NCBI GenBank assembly: GCA_964430575.1 | Contig: CAYSFQ010000001.1 | Location: forward strand, 1-63,798 | Source: an uncultured Desulfobacteraceae bacterium | GTDB taxonomy: Bacteria; Desulfobacterota; DSM-4660; Desulfatiglandales; Desulfatiglandaceae | DNA: 63,798 nt | Reading direction: 5' to 3' | Shown: one piece after another, positions 59,344-63,798 of the stretch | Numbering within the stretch: position 1 is the stretch's first letter | Layout: the number at the start of each line of letters is the position of its first letter | Made by a program: the position numbers and the translations under genes | The notes under the pieces: model-generated | The model's input: only the letters and a program-made list of their open reading frames with translations | The model's database searches: none | What the model was told of the DNA's origin: nothing

Positions 59344-59776
59344 TTCGGTCTTTCTCCACGGGAGCTGCCGACTCCGCCAAAGTGGCTACGACGGCCGGAT
59401 CGGACTGACCTTTTTCTTCTGCATCTTTTAAAGGTGGAACTTTTTCAGCCTCCGTTGAAGAAGGGGCTTTTGCCTGGTGGTAATCATCCAGCATTTCGTC
59501 AAAATCCTCAAATTTAGGCGGTTTTTCCTCAACCGTCTCCATTTCCTTTGAATCCGCCGGCTTATCCAGGCCGCTGACAGCATCGACCAGGTCCTCACGG
59601 GCCTCTTTGAGGTCCTCATCCAGATTCAAACCTTCTTTGATTTCCGAGGTTGCCTTCTTGAATTCAGACAGGCCTTTCCCCAGGGACTTGGCCAGATCGG
59701 GAAGCTTCTTAGGTCCGATAACGATCAGGGCGATCACCAGAATGATGATTAATTCGGGCATGCCGATACCAAACAT
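59336..59776 (-). CDS. tatB: Sec-independent protein translocase TatB (TatA/B family)
   Basis: [26 protein letters not shown]; long acidic tail; adjacent to tatC. Confidence 0.8.
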   Translation of the reverse strand: MFGIGMPELIIILVIALIVIGPKKLPDLAKSLGKGLSEFKKATSEIKEGLNLDEDLKEAREDLVDAVSGLDKPADSKEMETVEEKPPKFEDFDEMLDDYHQAKAPSSTEAEKVPPLKDAEEKGQSDPAVVATLAESAAPVEKDRNG

Positions 59777-59867
59777 TTTTTCCTCCACGCGTCAGTCGAA
59801 CAAGGGCCGGCGGCCCATGCTCGAATATAAGGGGGCCGGGGCAAATTGCGCCGATTTCAAGTCGCGA

Positions 59868-60350
59868 TTATAGTTGAAGCATCAGAGCAGTTTCATCGCA
59901 ATCAGGAAATTTAGGGCATTTCAGGCAGTCAGCCCATATTTTGTGGGGAAGACAAGATTTGTCAACCTCATAAAATCCTCTTTTAATAAAAAATTCGGGG
60001 ACGTAGGTCAATGTAAACACCTTGTCAAGACCGAGCGCAGCAGCCTCACGCAGGCAGGCATCCACAAGCTTCCGGCCCAGTCCCAGTCCCTGGAACGCCT
60101 CAGCAATGGCCAGCGATTCGATTTCCGCCAGATCCTTCCAGCATATACCTAAACCGCAGACCCCTTGAATGCGCTCACCCGGTCCCGTTTCCAGAACATA
60201 GTAGGCGCGCAGATGCTCATAAAGATCACTGAGAGACCTGGGCAACAGCTGCCCCTGTGCAGCAAATGCATTCAAGATTTCGTGAATCGGTTCAACATCC
60301 TCAATGACCGCCTTTCTCACAAGCGGATATTCATGCTCGTCGTATACCAC
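59868..60350 (-). CDS. argA: Short GNAT-type N-acetylglutamate synthase
   Basis: LLPRS, LAEIESLA, GLG..LV, VFTLTY, LPHKIWADC..C....CDE.A. Confidence 0.85.
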   Translation of the reverse strand: MVYDEHEYPLVRKAVIEDVEPIHEILNAFAAQGQLLPRSLSDLYEHLRAYYVLETGPGERIQGVCGLGICWKDLAEIESLAIAEAFQGLGLGRKLVDACLREAAALGLDKVFTLTYVPEFFIKRGFYEVDKSCLPHKIWADCLKCPKFPDCDETALMLQL

Positions 60351-60370
60351 AATCTATTCCTTCTATACAA

Positions 60371-61054
60371 TCATTGTTGACGATTGACCTTTTGAACAAA
60401 ACCTTTCAGATGTTCCTTTTCAGCTAGGTTTTGCTGTGTTTCCACGGCTTCCGCCCTGGTTTTAAATGTGCCGCATCGTACGCGGAAATAACCCCGTCCT
60501 TTGATAAAAATTTTGTAATGGTAAGCGGGGTATCCTTTTTTTACCAATCGGTTAACCATATTAAAAGCCTGTTTTTCTTGATCCAGGGAAGCCACCTGAA
60601 CCACATAAAGTTCTGTAGAGGGTGACGGCGGATCAGGCTTTTTCACATTGTGTGAGGTGGTACTTTTATGCTTGGGGTTCTTATGCGGTGGTCCTTGCCC
60701 GATTGGAACCTCCGATCCGGCCGTCGTAGCCACTTTGGCGGAGTCGGCCACTTTTTTTGAAGAAAGTTCATCGTAAAATGCGAAATTGGAATCCTTTTGA
60801 ACGGCCTTGATCTCATCCAATTCGGAAGTGTCTTTTTGACCCACCATTTCCTGAAGCTTTACAATCTGGTTTTTGAGCTCGGCCAGGGTTTTTGCGCCGC
60901 TCGGCAGAAGCCCCCTGCCTGCCAGAACGCCAAGCGTAAAAATCCAGCCCAGAAAGATCAAAAAGCCTAAGCCCCAAAAAAAGAGCGCCGTGCGGGAAAG
61001 TTCCAGGCGAAGACCCTTTTTCTCTTTTTCAGTCTTTTCTCTTTTTTCCTTCAT
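60371..61054 (-). CDS. SPOR domain protein (FtsN/DedD-like)
   Basis: N-terminal TM, FYDEL motif, C-terminal YVVQVAS...RVRCG.F; downstream of argS. Confidence 0.88.
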   Translation of the reverse strand: MKEKREKTEKEKKGLRLELSRTALFFWGLGFLIFLGWIFTLGVLAGRGLLPSGAKTLAELKNQIVKLQEMVGQKDTSELDEIKAVQKDSNFAFYDELSSKKVADSAKVATTAGSEVPIGQGPPHKNPKHKSTTSHNVKKPDPPSPSTELYVVQVASLDQEKQAFNMVNRLVKKGYPAYHYKIFIKGRGYFRVRCGTFKTRAEAVETQQNLAEKEHLKGFVQKVNRQQ

Positions 61055-61064
61055 GCTATTTTAT

Positions 61065-62741
61065 TTACATTTTTTCAGGTGCACTGACACCCAGCAGCCT
61101 CAACCCGTTTGCGATGATGATCCTGACGCCTGAAACCAGCATCAACCTGGCCTGGGTCAGGGTTCTGTCTTCGGTGATGACTCTGAGTGCACCGTTTTTT
61201 GACCCCATGTTGAAATACCGATGAAAGGATGCTGCTAAATGTGTCAGGTAATAGGCCAACCGATGGGCTTCCAGGGTCTTACAGATATCCTCCAGAAGCG
61301 ACGGGAATTCCGACATGGTCCTGATGATGGCCATTTCCTCCTTCAGCCCAAGTTGTTCTGCAATCCCATCATGGCGTTCCGGTACACCAATCCCTTCCGC
61401 TTGGGCTTTTCGAATAATGCTGCATATCCGGGCATGGGCGTACTGAACATAATAGACAGGGTTTTCACTATCCTGTTTTCTTACAAGATCCATATCCACA
61501 TCCAGCGGTGAGTCGTGGCTCTTGGTGAGAAATACAAAACGTGCTGCATCAACCCCTACCTCATCCAGCAGCTCCTGAAGCGTTACAAAACTCCCGGCCC
61601 GCTTGCTCATGCGGAGTTCCTGTCCATCCTGCCACAACTTTACCAGTTGTATCAACAGGACGGAGAGCCACTTTTCGGAAATAGCGTGACTTACCAGAGC
61701 TGCCTTTACGCGAGGTACGTATCCATGATGATCGGCACCCCAAATGTTGATCGCCTTGGTAAAACCCCTACGGTGTTTCTCCAGGTGATAAGCGATATCC
61801 GAGGCAAAGTAGGTGAATTGACCATCGGCTTTTCGAATAACGCGGTCTTTGTCGTCCCCGAATTCAGACGTTTTGATCCAAAGAGCTCCCTCATGCTCAT
61901 ACAGATGTCCCCTGTTCCCTATGGACTCCAAAGTCTTTTCAAGCAGTCCCGAACCGTAGAGATCGCTCTCGCAGGACCAGACATCAAAATTTACCCTGAA
62001 ACGGTCCAATGCCTGCTGAATCTCCTTCAGCATGATCTCACTCCCGGTTTTGGCGAGGAGGTCTATGGCCTTATGGGGATCTTCAGGGTCTAAATCGGTT
62101 TTTCCCGGGATGGTATCAGCCAGATCCAGGATGTATTCGCCGTGATAACCGTTTTCAGGAAAAACGAAGTCCGGATCCTCCTTCTGCTTCAGACGCGCCC
62201 AAATGGATTCACCCAGGATCCTGATCTGTAACCCCGCGTCATTAATATAGAATTCTCGAACTACCTGATGCCCGCAAAAGGAAAGAATCCGGCCGAGTGT
62301 ATCACCCAGAGCAGCGCCCCGGCCGTGGCCGAGATGAAGGGGTCCCGTAGGATTGGCGCTGACGAACTCCAACAGAATTTTTTCGTCACATCCCATCTCG
62401 CTGCGGCCATAATCCTTGTGAAGCTGAAGAATCTGACCCAGGATATGGCACCATTCTTCTGCCCGGATGGTAAAATTGATAAATCCGGGTCCTGCTATTT
62501 CCGTTTTTTCAAAAAAATGCGCCTCATCCTTCAGATTTTTTAAAATAATCGATGCAATTTCCCGGGGATTTCTTTTTTGACCCGATGCCAGGGTCATGGG
62601 CAAATTGGTGGCGAAATGACCATGTTCGGAATTATTGGGTACTTCGATGACATAATCCGGAAATGTCGTTTCCTTGAGTTCGCCCTGCTCAAAACAGCGG
62701 GAAAGGGTCTTTTTCAGTATTCCATCGATTCTATTTTTCAT
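61065..62741 (-). CDS. argS: Arginine--tRNA ligase
   Basis: AGPGFINF, SANPTGPLHLGHGR, GADHHGY, MSKRAG, YVQYAHARI, APEKM. Confidence 0.98.
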   Translation of the reverse strand: MKNRIDGILKKTLSRCFEQGELKETTFPDYVIEVPNNSEHGHFATNLPMTLASGQKRNPREIASIILKNLKDEAHFFEKTEIAGPGFINFTIRAEEWCHILGQILQLHKDYGRSEMGCDEKILLEFVSANPTGPLHLGHGRGAALGDTLGRILSFCGHQVVREFYINDAGLQIRILGESIWARLKQKEDPDFVFPENGYHGEYILDLADTIPGKTDLDPEDPHKAIDLLAKTGSEIMLKEIQQALDRFRVNFDVWSCESDLYGSGLLEKTLESIGNRGHLYEHEGALWIKTSEFGDDKDRVIRKADGQFTYFASDIAYHLEKHRRGFTKAINIWGADHHGYVPRVKAALVSHAISEKWLSVLLIQLVKLWQDGQELRMSKRAGSFVTLQELLDEVGVDAARFVFLTKSHDSPLDVDMDLVRKQDSENPVYYVQYAHARICSIIRKAQAEGIGVPERHDGIAEQLGLKEEMAIIRTMSEFPSLLEDICKTLEAHRLAYYLTHLAASFHRYFNMGSKNGALRVITEDRTLTQARLMLVSGVRIIIANGLRLLGVSAPEKM

Positions 62742-62885
62742 ACGGGTGATTCCTTCTGGCAATCATAAACATCTTGCTGATCTCTTTAGATTGATCCCTA
62801 TTCTGGATGAATTCATTGTTGGAACATAACTAACTGATCCCTTTCTTTATATCAAGCAATATGTGTAACGGGTGGTCAACACAAG

Positions 62886-62914
62886 TTGACATGAGCACAG
62901 AGGAGCGTTAAGAT
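62886..62914 (+). promoter_or_regulatory. Sigma70 promoter upstream of DUF2065 gene
   Basis: TTGACA-N17-TAAGAT; the -35 lies within the inverted repeat GTCAAC-ACAA-GTTGAC (62875-62890). Confidence 0.55.
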
Positions 62915-62947
62915 AATGGGGACTTTTTTGAGGACTACCCGATTCTG

Positions 62948-63133
62948 ATGAAAACACTGTTTTGTTTGCTGGGCCTGGTTCTAATAGTTGAAGGGTTACC
63001 CTATTTTGCATTCCCGGAAAAAATGAAGCATTGGGTGGCAAATCTTCTTGAAATGCCCAACGCGCATCTTCGATTAATGGGTTTTCTGGCCATGGGAATT
63101 GGGCTTCTCATCACTTATTTTTCCCGCCCTTAG
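62948..63133 (+). CDS. DUF2065 family small membrane protein
   Basis: LGLVLIVEGL.YF.FP...K......MP...LR..G pattern, 61 aa. Confidence 0.85.
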   Translation: MKTLFCLLGLVLIVEGLPYFAFPEKMKHWVANLLEMPNAHLRLMGFLAMGIGLLITYFSRP

Positions 63134-63171
63134 GGCTCACTCAAAAATAATTTTGCAGGATTGACGGTTTT

Positions 63172-63205
63172 CAATGAAGGCGCGTCCTGAACGCCTTTAT
63201 TGTTT
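63172..63205 (+). terminator. Intrinsic terminator-like hairpin after DUF2065
   Basis: CAATGAAGGCG-N9-CGCCTTTATTG (11 bp with one G-U pair) followed by TTT. Confidence 0.5.
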
Positions 63206-63293
63206 GGGTATTCCATACCGCGCCATATGAAGGATAAAACCGTTTGACTTAAAAATTGAATTTGTATACTTTACGCGCTTTAATGTGCTTCCA

Positions 63294-63798
63294 ATGCTGA
63301 AAACAGAACATTATAACTACCGTCTGCCTGAAAACCGTATCGCACAATTTCCAGCTGACAAACGGGATCATTCCAAATTGCTCAGGGTGGATCGTTCGGC
63401 AGGTTCTCTTTCGAATCGCCGGTTTTTTGAATTGCCGTCCCTTCTTGGACCCCGTGATCTTCTGGTGGTAAACAATACCCGGGTGGTTCCCGCAAGGATT
63501 TTTGGTCGCAAGGAGAGCGGGGGTAAAGTTGAAGTTCTTGTTCTGGAGCATTTCAACGGGGAGGACCGGAGCGGCGAACCCAGATTGTGTTTGCTGAAGT
63601 CTTCCAGACGGCCCAAACCGGGAAGCCGGATTTTTTTTGACAGGACGGTCTCCGGAGAAATAGAGGAGGTTCTTGACCGAGGTCTGGCAAGGATATCTTT
63701 TACCGGGGGTGAAAAAGGCATAGAAGGTCTCCTTGAAGAAAAAGGGCATCTTCCCCTGCCCCCTTATATCAAGCGATCGAAAGACGTTTCGCTGAGCG
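63294..63798 (+). CDS. queA: S-adenosylmethionine:tRNA ribosyltransferase-isomerase (truncated by window end)
   Basis: Manual translation, not in the ORF track: MLKTEHYNYRLPENRIAQFP...SKLL...LVVNNTRVVPAR...GGKVEVL...GHLPLPPYIKR. Confidence 0.93.
   Translation, partial: MLKTEHYNYRLPENRIAQFPADKRDHSKLLRVDRSAGSLSNRRFFELPSLLGPRDLLVVNNTRVVPARIFGRKESGGKVEVLVLEHFNGEDRSGEPRLCLLKSSRRPKPGSRIFFDRTVSGEIEEVLDRGLARISFTGGEKGIEGLLEEKGHLPLPPYIKRSKDVSLS

Noticed and set aside
63249-63749. Minus-strand ORFs of 166 and 117 aa
   Set aside because: Antisense to queA, which runs off the window end on the plus strand.
1-63798. tRNA, rRNA, CRISPR, intact IS/integrase, prophage, selenocysteine or frameshift recoding
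   Set aside because: None recognised by eye; intergenic spaces are short and genes appear uninterrupted. tRNAscan-SE and Infernal were not run.

Overview
63.8-kb bacterial chromosomal window. Gene content and order (mfd-surA-surA-rodZ-tyrS-rpoH, argS-SPOR, DUF2065-queA) suggest a sulfate-reducing deltaproteobacterium (Desulfobacterota); this is an inference. It has three zones. (1) 1-2437 is accessory: a secreted tail-fibre-like protein with a C-terminal peptidase S74 chaperone, followed by decayed mobile-element debris including a frameshifted RAYT-type transposase N-terminus. (2) 2438-26696 is a ~24-kb divergent, probably TetR-controlled acyl-CoA catabolic island. Its left arm has SDR, R-hydratase, ACAD, a CCGxxGC protein, a Cys-less HMGS-like/DUF35 fusion plus thiolase, a LIV-type ABC transporter with an embedded long-chain CoA ligase, a PaaG-like crotonase, an AidB-like ACAD and PlsC. 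Its GC-rich right arm has a probable heteromeric ACAD pair, a three-part MCC/GCC-like carboxylase, a LiuC-like hydratase and a BKACE (DUF849) enzyme where HMG-CoA lyase would normally be. This island is the best candidate for an undescribed system: possibly an anaerobic route for beta-methyl-branched (isoprenoid-type) carboxylic acids. (3) 26693-63798 is mostly housekeeping and envelope genes, with an orphan sensor kinase that has a degenerate ATP-binding domain and a grpE-dnaK unit lacking hrcA/CIRCE/dnaJ but carrying a Fur-box-like site. No rRNA, tRNA, CRISPR array or intact mobile element was seen. All calls come from motif recognition by eye; no searches were run.
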